The position numbers and the translations under genes are program-made. A DNA stretch of 13,210 bases from the NCBI RefSeq assembly GCF_006345805.1, contig NW_021826295.1, positions 1-13,210 of the forward strand. The letters are read 5' to 3'. The stretch comes from Octopus sinensis (Eukaryota). Positions 1 to 9,177 of this stretch are shown here, piece by piece; positions within the stretch are counted from its first letter, which is position 1, and each line of letters starts with the position of its first letter. The notes beneath the pieces were generated by a model that was given only the letters and a program-made list of their open reading frames with translations, had not been told where the DNA came from and did no database searches.

Positions 1-415
1 ATATATTATATAATAGTGAAATATGTTACGAAAAGAAAATATAAAATACACGTGGAAATGAAGGGTAAAATATAAAAAATCAACGAAAATGCATATTGCA
101 GATAGAAAAAGGCTATTTATGGCAAGTAGTGACAAATATATACATTTAGATTGACTGAGGTAGTAATACGAGTCAATAAAGGTCATTATTATGAGATGAT
201 TATAAGATGATAATAATAATAAAGTAAGAGAATAAAACGAACCAGTCGGTTTACGCGAAGGCTATTCATCGTTTGAACAACACCGGTTAATATACGGTGT
301 CAGGTCTAATAGTTCCTGTAAAAAAAGATTATTTGTAAGGGAGGTAAGTATTTCTGGAATTAGAGATGTGAGTGATGTAGGTAGTGTATAGGGTTTAGTG
401 GTTTAAATTGAAGAG
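1..415 (-). mobile_element. Probable 3' UTR / pseudo-LTR of PLE copy 1, probably continuing off the window edge
   Basis: Directly follows the PLE stop codon on the minus strand, with C/T-rich sense composition. No CUGANGA hammerhead core within the window. The boundary cannot be set. Confidence 0.5.
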
Positions 416-1154
416 TTAGTGGTGTTTTGTATTGAGTTGTATGTTCATATTTAGTTGGGGGAGAAATTTATTGATGAAAAATGCCTCTTTATTCAACCTT
501 TGTTGCATTGTGGTGTTCTGTGATCATTGGTAAAAGGGAAATATTTGGAAATTGGGATTAAGATTCCTGGCACATCTTTCTATGTGTTCACTCACCTTTC
601 ACTGTCTGTATTGTGGGTGACGGATTTGCTCTTTGTGAATGGTGATTCTTTGACGGAGCGAAATTCCTGTTTGTCCAATATAGAATTTACCACATCCTAT
701 GCGTGTCATGACATAGATTACATTTGCTGAGGCGCAGGTGAAATTTGATTTGATCTTAAATATTTCTCCTGGTTTGAATTGGAATTCCGAACCCTCCAGA
801 GGTGGGGGAATGTTCCACAGTTAGAACGTCCACATTTTGTGACTTTTGGCTCAGTAGTTAGTGGGTGAAGTCTAGCGCTGGTTAATATTCTTTTCAGTGA
901 CTTCGGTTGCTTTTTGCTTTTTATAATTTTATATGAGCTTAAAATTTCGTTCATTGTTTTGTCTGCTGTGAGGATGGGAAGGTTTTGGGTGATGATGTTG
1001 AAGGCTTCGTTGTTTCTGGGGTTATGTGTGGAGATGTACGGGAGTATTTTTAAATCTTGTTTAGTATTTCGGCTAGTTTTCCTTAATCTTTGTATATCTA
1101 TTCCCTTAGCTCTTTTGATGCCTTCGTTTACTAATGAGATTGGGTAATCATTTA

Positions 1155-1155
<1 letters not shown>
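416..1155 (-). mobile_element. Penelope-like retroelement (PLE) copy 1: decayed C-terminal ORF (end of RT, Cys-rich linker, GIY-YIG endonuclease), 5'-truncated
   Basis: Manual minus-strand translation from 1146: [23 protein letters not shown]...ILPYISTHNPRNNEAFNII...IIKSKKQPKSLKRILTSARL...KVTKCGRSNCGTFPHL. After a 1-nt frameshift near 798: EGSEFQFKPGEIFKIKSNFTCASANVIYVMTRIGCGKFYIGQTGISLRQRITIHKEQIRH...VSEHIERC...FQIFPFYQ...RLNKEAFFINKFLPQLN, stop at 418-416. The VIY...YIGQT motif, R..H, SEH and E..FI...P.LN are standard PLE GIY-YIG features. In-frame TGA at 601-599 and 526-524. Confidence 0.93.
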
Positions 1156-1158
<3 letters not shown>

Positions 1159-1229
<71 letters not shown>

Positions 1230-1370
1230 GTATGTATGTATATATATACATGTATGTATATATATATGTATGTATGTATATATATACATATGTATGTATG
1301 TATCTACATAATGTATATGTGTATATATATTTCAAATAATGATCGAAGGTAAATACATACATACATATAT
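1159..1370. repeat. Compound microsatellite (TC)15 + (TA)~20 + (TATG/TGTA)n
   Basis: Directly visible: (TC)n 1159-1188, (TA)n 1189-1228, then degenerate tatg/tgta units. Confidence 0.97.
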
Positions 1371-2423
1371 ATTGTTGAAATTTACAGAAAAGAAAAATAC
1401 AAGAGTGCTGTAACGCAGTATATTGTTCTTCTAATCTTCTTTAATGCCTAAAATTGACCTGTTGTGGCTGTTGGAATTGTTCTAAATTCTTGTAGTAGTT
1501 TCATCTGTGGTGGAAGCATTCAAAATAGGTTTACATTTTGCGATAAGTGTGTGCGTGTAGGTGTGTGTGCGTGTGGCTTAGTGAGAGAAGGCTGGACACC
1601 GGCCATGACCCTTTGCCTCTTTTTTAGGGTTCTATGATTGATGGGAGTTCTGGAAGAATGTATCCTTGGCTCAGAGACTTGGTTTGTAAAGATGACTCTT
1701 CTAATAGTAGTAAAGTGTCAGCTGATGCTTATGTTATACCAAACGATGGATTAACTCTACCACGGAATACATCATCCAGTAAGCAAAAGAATATCAGTGA
1801 AACAAGAGAAGCGATGAAAATATCCCCCCATCCCCCACTCACACACCATGTTTGAATTTGATCAGTGAAGACTGATCAAAATGAAGCTCTTTTCATTGGC
1901 TCAGTTAACTCTGAGAGAGAATGACTTCAGTTTCCAATGTAAAGTGACAAAATCCTCCATTCTTCACTGCATCTCCTCTACTGTCCCACCTCAATGCTTC
2001 TATAAACCTTATATCATTGTTGAAAGCTTTAGGAAAATAACTCTTCTTTAATGATGCCACGGCAACACCCCTGACTGATAACTAACAACACTGAACAATA
2101 ATTATTATTAGTGGAGAGAGAGAGAGAGAGAGTAGAACACTATGTAAATGCAATCTTTCCGAATATTTGCTAGTTTTTTTTGGCACAGAAAAGGTCAATA
2201 GTACTGGGGAATGGTGTATGTGGATTTCCTTAATCAGGTGCGAAGAGAAATGTTGAAGGAGGCATTCTCCAGTGAATACCTCCCCACTTCTGTTAGCCCT
2301 TGTTTCTCTTATCACAAAGCTTACGTTTCTTATCGCAAAACACAGAGAAACTTGTTCGACAAAAGTTTATAACCCCAAACCGTACGAGTAAAACTGACAT
2401 AAACTGAAAGCCTATCCCACCCG

Positions 2424-2530
2424 CTCTTTCCTTCGCTCTCTCTCTCGCTCTTTCCTTCGCTCTCTCTCTCTTTCCTTCGCTCTCCTCTCTCTCTCTCTCT
2501 CTCTCTCTTTCCTTCGCTCTCTCTCTCTTT
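2424..2530. repeat. Polypyrimidine minisatellite: CTCTTTCCTTCGCT(CT)n x4
   Basis: Four copies of ctttccttcgctct separated by variable (CT)n. Confidence 0.9.
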
Positions 2531-2548
2531 CCCATATCTTCTATTCCA

Positions 2549-2611
2549 TTTATATATATAAAACAAACTCGATAGAGAAGCGCGAATAGAAGAGAAGATA
2601 TGGGAAAGGGA

Positions 2612-2648
<37 letters not shown>
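2549..2648 (+). mobile_element. Possible 5' end of a non-autonomous Helitron-like repeat, facing an inverted copy of itself at ~2300-2546
   Basis: a|TTTATATATATAAAAC at 2548-2564 is one mismatch from the A|TCTATATATATAAAA type of Helitron start. The downstream sequence is the reverse complement of 2521-2546. No 3' CTAG/hairpin found. Confidence 0.3.
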
Positions 2649-2689
2649 GGTGTGTGTCTGTGTAGTCTTTTATATGATTCAGTAATTTT

Positions 2690-3098
2690 ACCGTAGCCAT
2701 GCTGGAGCACCGCCTTTCGTCGGATAAATCGACTCCAGGACTTATACTTTGTAAGTCTAGTAATCATTCTAACGGTCACATTTGCCGAAACGCTAAGTTA
2801 CGGGGGACATAAAAACACCAGCATCGATTGTCAAGCGATGGTGGTGGCGGGGGGAAAACAAACATAGACACACCAACATATATACACACATATATGTTAT
2901 ATATTATATGTGGATTTACAAGATGGAAACTGAAAGAATATATATATACGACGGGCTTCTTTCAGTTTCCATCTACTAGATCCACTCACAAGGCTTTGGT
3001 CGGTACGAGGCTATAGTAGAAAACACTTGCCCAAGGGACTGAACCCGGAACCGTGTGGTTGGAAGCAAGCTTCTTACCACACAACCACGCCTGCGCCT
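2690..3098 (-). mobile_element. tRNA-derived SINE, near full length (abundant octopus family; possibly the CORE-type OR SINE group)
   Basis: Minus-strand head AGGCGCAGGCGTGGTTGTGTGGTAAGAAGCTTGCTTCCAACCACACGGTTCCGGGTTCAGTCCC with an A-box-like (3077-3087) and a B-box-like (3035-3045) motif. Then CTTGGGCAAGTG..., an internal (TA/CA)n tract, and a 3' tail ...GGCGGTGCTCCAGCATGGC. It matches my recollection of a highly repeated Octopus SINE. The family name was not verified. Confidence 0.85.
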
Positions 3099-3106
3099 AA
3101 TCGCGC

Positions 3107-3108
<2 letters not shown>

Positions 3109-3147
<39 letters not shown>

Positions 3148-3176
3148 CTTGACTATCGAGTAATGTAACATATAAT

Positions 3177-3243
<67 letters not shown>

Positions 3244-3250
3244 TTATATA
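3109..3250. repeat. Two (TA)n microsatellites (3109-3143 and 3181-3235)
   Basis: Directly visible. Confidence 0.97.
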
Positions 3251-3308
3251 TAAAGTGAGATAGGGGTTATGAGTGTAACCCACTATGGGATATCAGTTAC
3301 CCAATATA

Positions 3309-3965
3309 CTAGTGGTGAAGCACCCAAAAGGCAAATGGTTTTGATCAAACATTTATTTAATTACGAGGATATACTTGTATAACCTATTATTAATAATAAA
3401 TACCTATTATATATAGGGGTACGTGGATATGATAATGGATAACCTTAGATGAATAATAAATAACTATCTTATATCAGTAAATGGATGTATAAATGAATAG
3501 ATAGGTGATTAATGCAGAATTGAAATTGAATAGTTGCATACTCGAGTAACAGTAAAATTGTATATCGATCTCTAAAATATTCACAATAATAAACATAAAC
3601 TAGAAGATAATAATATATGGTCAGATACAGAATATTCTGTTTTATTACGGTATTTTATACGACTTAACTTTTGCTACGAATTTAATTGGAAAAGTGTAAT
3701 AGCTAATGTATAATTGAATGTAAGGATTCGCATTATAGTAACGTTATATTTACACGGTGAATTTGATTTTTGCATCTTTCGAAAATCTCTTCCTATTTCT
3801 TTCCTATAAACCTTGTCAAATGTGTAATGCATACTTTATATTTCTATCGAAAGTTTTGTCTAAATATTTTCCAACCTTTGCCAAATATATAATCCTAACG
3901 TATAATACCCATTTAACCAACCAATCCATTTAGGCCACTTTCTATATATTAGAAATTAGCATAGA
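3309..3965 (-). mobile_element. Candidate non-autonomous Helitron (657 bp)
   Basis: Minus-strand 5' end A|TCTATGCTAAT... (3966|3965) resembles TCTATACTAAT-type Helitron starts. 3' end ...GGTGCTTCACCA-CTAG|T (3309|3308) with only a weak 4-bp GGTG/CACC hairpin. A|T target, no TSD, AT-rich non-coding interior. Confidence 0.45.
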
Positions 3966-4010
3966 TTTCACTTTAAATGGTTTATAATAATATTATTATT
4001 TTAGTTATTA

Positions 4011-4175
4011 GTATGTATATATATATATATATGTATATGTGTATGTGGGTGTTTATGTGTATATGTGTATGTGGGTGTTTATATGTATATGTGTGTATGT
4101 GGGTGTTTATATGTATATGTGTATATATGTATGTATATGTGTATATAGATATGTACGTATATATATATGTATACA
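4011..4175. repeat. Compound TA/TG microsatellite containing a 26-28 bp minisatellite x3 (GTATATGTGTATGTGGGTGTTTATRT, 4033-4112)
   Basis: Three tandem units of 26, 26 and 28 bp are visible. Confidence 0.92.
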
Positions 4176-4704
4176 TAAAGAAGTTATTATGCACGTACGC
4201 TGCGAAATATATAATAAACCTTTACATAAATAAATAACGTGAAATACACGAAGGGACGAAAAAAAAGACAAACGGGTCATTCAAAGCCTTCATTCTTCAG
4301 TCAGAAACTGAACCCTCATTGCAGATTTCGGCCGTTCAATTCTGAGATCCGCTCTGAATCAGCCAGCCACAGAAGGAAAGAATGCAACGCAACAGAGACG
4401 AACATGAAACGAAAAATCTTTTTTGGAGACAGTAACGGTTAAAAACATGGATGACACAGGCGCCCTACGGCTTTGAGACAAAAAGAGAGACACAAAAACA
4501 ATATCAGCAAGCGTGGAAAAATAATTACCTTTTCGGTGATAAGACACATGTTGAACAAGCGGCCGATGGAAACAGAATGGCTGAGGCAGCAAGTCGCAAG
4601 AGGGTGAGAGAGAGAGGCGTTTCGAAGGTGAAGGCGAGACACGACTTCATTGAAACAATCCTTCCCGCAAAAGCAAATTAAATAAAATTTGAGATTAAAT
4701 AAAA

Positions 4705-5986
4705 TTAGAGCTGACCATGTACGAACCAAAGGAAACCATGGACATGCAGCTTACAAGAAACTCTCAAAATCTTTCCAGTTTGAACTTCCATAAGGCAAAC
4801 TGGAAACAAATTGAAAAAGAGATCCTCAAACAAAACTGGCCTAAATGTCTCTCCTCACTGGACATCAACATAAAACTTTAACAATTCATGTCTGCAATGC
4901 AAGCCATATGCTACAAATGTGTCCCGGAGGACAAAATCCCCAGGGATACAAAAATTCTTATGAGACGGAGTACAAAAATTTCAAGTCGCCTAAACAAACA
5001 AATTGAAATCAATGAAAAATTCTGCTTGAAAATACAACTGCCGGAGATTGAAAAACTGCAACTCTCCCACGAAAAAGAAAGAATAGACAAAAACATCTGA
5101 GCTATAGACAATATAAAATCAAACCCCAGAGCCTTCTACAAGTTTGCCAAAGAAACAGCTTCAGTGCACTGCAGGATAGGGCCACTCCTCGAAAAAGATG
5201 GTTCACTCACAGGAAACCCAATGAGGATAAGTGAAATACTAAATGAGCAATTCAAAAGTGTTTTCTCTCCACCCCTAGAACACTTGCAAGTCAGGAATCC
5301 AGTTGACTTTTTTTACCGCTGTGAATGTAAAAATAGACAGTGATGATCGATTACATCAATATAAAGGAAGACGATGTAATAAGGGCTATAGATGAAATGA
5401 ACCCAAACTCAGCTACTGGCCCTGATGGATTCCCAGCAATCCTTCTAAAAGTATGTAAGAGAGTCCTAGCAAGACCACTGTAGTCCCTCTTTCAGAGCTT
5501 CCTTGCAACTGGCAAACTTCCAAGAAAACTGAAGGAAGGTAAAATATGCCCTATTCATAAAGGAAGTAGCAGAGCGGAGGCCAAGAACTACAGACCTATC
5601 TCTCTGACGTCACACATCAACAAGGTCATGGAACGAATAGTCAGAAGGAAACTAATCGCCTTCCTTGAAGAAAATGACTTGTTGCCTGACACCCAACACC
5701 CAACCTAACTCAGCTCTTGCAATACTATGACTGGGTGCTGAAACAGCTGCTCAACTACTCAAATGTGGAAGTGATATATCTCGACTTTGCAAAGTCGATC
5801 ATGGAATGATATGTCACAAACTGCGTGATCTCAGCATAGTTGGAAAATTGGGAGAATGGCTTCAGAACTTTCTGAAGGATAGAAGTCAGGTGGTAGTAGC
5901 CACTTCTAATGACACGCAAATAGTGAGCGGTGTCCCGCAAGGCACTGTTTTGGGACCTCTACTGTTCATAATGGCCCTCTCAGATG
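4705..5986 (+). mobile_element. Non-LTR retrotransposon (CR1/L2/Jockey group) ORF2 remnant: post-endonuclease region and RT domains up to the PQG motif, pseudogenised
   Basis: Translation across stops and frameshifts: LNFHKANWKQI...AIDNIKSNPRAFYKFAK...ISEILNEQFKSVFS...SATGPDGFPAILLK...ICPIHKGSSRAEAKNYRPISLTSHINKVMERIV...QH/LTQLL...VIYLDFAK/VDHG...WLQNFLKDRSQVV...SGVPQGTVLGPLLFIMALSD. Stops at 4879, 5098 and ~5479. It ends before the YADD motif. Confidence 0.95.
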
Positions 5987-6089
5987 TTTACATAAATACG
6001 TCTATAGACGAATGAAATGATACCAACTTCATGTGAATATATAACAGCATAAAGTAGTTTCTATTCCTCTGTTTAAATCCACGTACACA

Positions 6090-6568
6090 TGTGTGCACAT
6101 GTATGTATGTGCGTGCGCTGTGTAAACATATATGTATGTGTGTGTGTATATATATATAAATGAAAATGCATTAACCAAACAACGATAGCTAAAAAACGTA
6201 CACGTATATATGTATACAATCATCTTGTATTCATTATTTTTCTATATAAATACACACGCGCGCGCGCACATCCAGCCATCCATGAAGCCAATCCATCAAA
6301 TTCATTCGTATAATACTTTCATCTTGGCAGTTTAGTCCCCCCTGTTCCCAAACTGATTCAACAAGTTATACTATTTATGTGTGTGTGTGTATGTGTGTGT
6401 ACATTCATGTATATGCATATATATATATATGTGTGTATATACTATCGTGTACGTGTACATGCATAATTGTATATATGTGTGTTTCTGTGTAGGTGTGTAT
6501 GCAATGCGTGTATTTACGCACATACACACGTGTTAGCGTGCGTGTGTGTGTGTTGTGTGTGTGTGTGT
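6090..6568. repeat. Degenerate (TG/TA/CA)n microsatellite field including a short (CG)5 run at ~6257-6266
   Basis: Directly visible alternating purine-pyrimidine tracts interrupted by short unique spacers. Confidence 0.9.
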
Positions 6569-6599
6569 TTCCCCGTCCTGGAAAGGATCCTATACGATA

Positions 6600-6845
6600 T
6601 AAAGATTCTACAGTAATCTACCTGATGGAGCAGACGCTGTCACAGAAAGAAAAGTTCGTTGTGGTGGCCAATGCTGGAAGTAGCAAAGAAGAGGAGATGG
6701 AAATAGCTGTAATCGCATTGGTCAGTCAACAGGTGACGCTGGGTGTCACTGAGCAGAACTGTCACATGATATGGAAGATGGAGGCAGATGGAGGATTTGG
6801 ATGATGCGAATCCGATTAAACCTGCCTCGTCAACGACGATGATTA
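6600..6845 (+). mobile_element. Possible highly decayed 3' end of an RTE-clade LINE
   Basis: GC-richer block between (TG)n tracts. One frame gives ...KKRRWK*...SLSRTVT*YGRWRQM, similar to RTE C-terminal RW...DR.RWR spacing, and the block ends in ACGACGATGAT short repeats. The similarity is weak and judged by eye. Confidence 0.3.
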
Positions 6846-6871
6846 TGTGTGTGTGTGTGTGTGTGTGTGTG
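6846..6871. repeat. (TG)13 microsatellite
   Basis: Directly visible. Confidence 0.95.
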
Positions 6872-6931
6872 CATAAAGAAAGAGAAGGGGTAGAATGACA
6901 GTGCAGTGTTGTATTGTGGTTGTATTCTTCA

Positions 6932-7762
6932 CTAGACTACCCGTGACCCGTTGGGTCCCAGGAAAAGTCTGAGTTTCCCAGCAACGGAGTTTTGTTTCGT
7001 CTTTTATTCTTTCTTTTCCACCTTATTTCGCATGCTTTCAACGAATGTAACATCGAAATCACGCGTAAGCGACTCCTTTCCTCAGAAAAGGAAGATTTGA
7101 CTGCTGTTTCTTGCTCGACCTCCTACCATGTAACAGGTATTTCGGGTCCTTTTTCACAAATAGCTTTAACGTAGTGGCAGGGCGTGCTAGAAATAGCAAC
7201 CAAATCTTTGCCGGTAAGATACGTTGAATGCGCTCGAAAAAAGCCTATGGAAAAAATTATTTCACACCGAGTTAACTGGTCTTTTACGAAATATTTAGCG
7301 TATTTTTAAAGTCATTTTCACTTTATGATATTTTTTAAATGTACCAGAAATATGTTTTGTAATAGTTTTCACTTCAAAATAATTTTTAAAAAAACATTAA
7401 AATATTGTCTGCTTAAAGAAAGCTGAAATATAAATACTTATTGTACAAACAACTTACATTTACTGTATAAAAGCAAATTGTATTTTTCCGTTTTCAAGTC
7501 ACTGTCTAATCGAAAGGTAAGAGTTACTTCCCTTTCAGGATTTAGTTAATTTCGAAGACTTTTCCCATTATACACCGTTTTGTGTACCCCGAAACCCCCT
7601 AATATCTCCACAACCACTTATCCGATTTACGCGAAATTTGTTTCATTCCGTTCGTATTTACATTCCAGGGAAAACTTAATTCACAGTATTTTCCCATTAT
7701 GCGTCAGTTTGGCTGAGTAACATTGCAAGCAAGATTCGGTCTAACTTTTAATGTATTATAGA
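6932..7762 (-). mobile_element. Non-autonomous Helitron (831 bp)
   Basis: Minus-strand 5' end A|TCTATAATACATTAAAAG (7763|7762). 3' end has a GC-rich hairpin GACCC-AAC-GGGTC (6945-6957), 9 nt, then CTAG|T (6932|6931). A|T insertion site without TSD. All are canonical Helitron terminal features. Confidence 0.65.
7092..7208. mobile_element. Palindromic MITE-like insert nested in the Helitron
   Basis: 29-bp imperfect inverted repeats, AAGATTTGACTGCTGTTTCTTGCTCGACC (7092-7120) and GGGCGTGCTAGAAATAGCAACCAAATCTT (7180-7208), 23/29 complementary, 59-nt spacer. The GCTAGAAATAGCA..CAAATCT motif matches my recollection of a common octopus repeat. Confidence 0.55.
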
Positions 7763-8639
7763 TTGGTTACTGTATTTTTTCACATGTTCTCAATGAAGCG
7801 AATATTCTCACAGAATAATAATAAGAAATAAAAGACAATATCAGTTTTTAACGATTGGTGCGGTACACTTGTCCTGTCCATCTGTTTGACAAATCTAACT
7901 CTGTCTACCATTGTCATGAAAATGCATTTAGTATTTCTTTAAGTAACCAACACATAAGTAAATGTGATTTAAAAAACCCGCAATAACAACAATAAATAAA
8001 ACTGAACTCTATAAAACGACAGTAAAACATGATCCAAGTGCAAGCCAGTAGTTTCTTATTACTTATTTTGTATTCCCCCACCACCACCACAACCACATTC
8101 CTTGACACCCATTCCGTTGTGAAGTATTCTATATCACTGAAATGGTGGCTGTGGAACCCTTCATAAAAATATCTTTATTGCTGTGGCTTGTTTTTTGTTA
8201 TTGCCTTTCGGTTGAGATTTGTATGAGATTTGCTTATTATTTCGCAGCCAATGCCACGTCAACCACGTTCGAAGACGTGACTACAGAACGGATTCAGCTT
8301 AAAATGGACGTTCAGACGGATTATTATTCCCCAATATTCAATTACTTTTAAATCACTTGTTCCATTTACTTTGAAATTCTTTTAGTTTCTGATAAACAAC
8401 ACCTCTCCCACCCTCAACATAGACATATATATATATATGTCCTTATAAATGTAGTCATATGTTTATCTAACACACACACACACAACACAACACAAACACT
8501 CACAGACAAAAAAAGTATTTGACATAAATATAAAAGCAAAGAATGTGTGGTGATAGAGTATCTGTGATGTTGGCGGGTCTGGCTGAAGACGTTTTATGGG
8601 GCTTTACGTGCAATGTAGGGCGCAAGCGAAATCCTGACA

Positions 8640-8773
8640 CTGTTGTTGTTGTTGTTGTTGTTATTGCTGTTGTTATTGCTGTTGTTGTTGCTGATGTTAT
8701 CAACATTATTTTATTTTTGAGGGTGCGGTATTTTCCACACCCAGTTCGTGTGTGTGTGTGTGTGTGTGTGTGT
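8640..8773. repeat. (GTT/GCT)n trinucleotide tract (8640-8700) and (GT)n (8747-8773)
   Basis: Directly visible. Confidence 0.95.
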
Positions 8774-9177
8774 GACTATTGTGATGTGTGGATTGCTAAT
8801 ATAGTGTTTGGTTGTTGTTGTGGTTAAAGAACATTGAAAGTAGGAAATGTACTTGAGAGAAGGATGTGGGAAGGAAACCAAGCATCGCTGGTGATGAAAG
8901 TGATGGAGTTTATGGTGGAGCCACCCGCGATTGTCACTGTGATGATAGATGGTCCCCGTAAATCTAGACTCCATTTACGAGACGCTAGGTTTTTAAGGGC
9001 ACTGCCCTTGGTTGTCGCTGATGTTTACTGATTACACTTTCACAACACGGGTGGAATAAGAACAACAATAACAACTGCTCCGACATTAATGACAACTGAT
9101 TGCAAGGAGGAGTTCTTTGTTGTGATGTTAATGTCGTTCACTAACGAAATTGTGATATTCCTGAAGCATTCGCAGCT

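Noticed and set aside
527-1147. Plus-strand ORFs 527-730 and 914-1147; likewise 4911-5111, 5755-5940, 10154-10336 and 10225-10428
   Set aside because: They are antisense shadows of retroelement coding sequence on the opposite strand.
1134-1362. ORFs rich in YI/CV/ER/SL dipeptides (also 2293-2779, 3074-3283, 3977-4237, 6029-6223, 8500-8974, 11281-11481)
   Set aside because: They are translations of microsatellites, not genes.
3035-3098. Stand-alone tRNA gene
   Set aside because: The promoter boxes are diverged, there is no cloverleaf or acceptor stem, and it is the head of the SINE.
4033-4112. 26-28 bp repeats as a CRISPR-like array
   Set aside because: Tandem units with no unique spacers, in a eukaryotic microsatellite context.
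4270-4345. Minus-strand GGCCGAAA ... UCAG-UUU-CUGA-CUGAAGA, resembling a permuted (type II) hammerhead
   Set aside because: Stem II arms do not pair and there is no NUH triplet in register with the stem I hairpin.
6820-6840. Minus-strand IVVDEAG, similar to a helicase Walker B motif
   Set aside because: No Walker A or other helicase motif nearby and the frame closes soon after; likely chance.
8583-8630. CTGAAGA ... GAAA on the plus strand
   Set aside because: No stem II closing pair next to the cores and no stem I/III.
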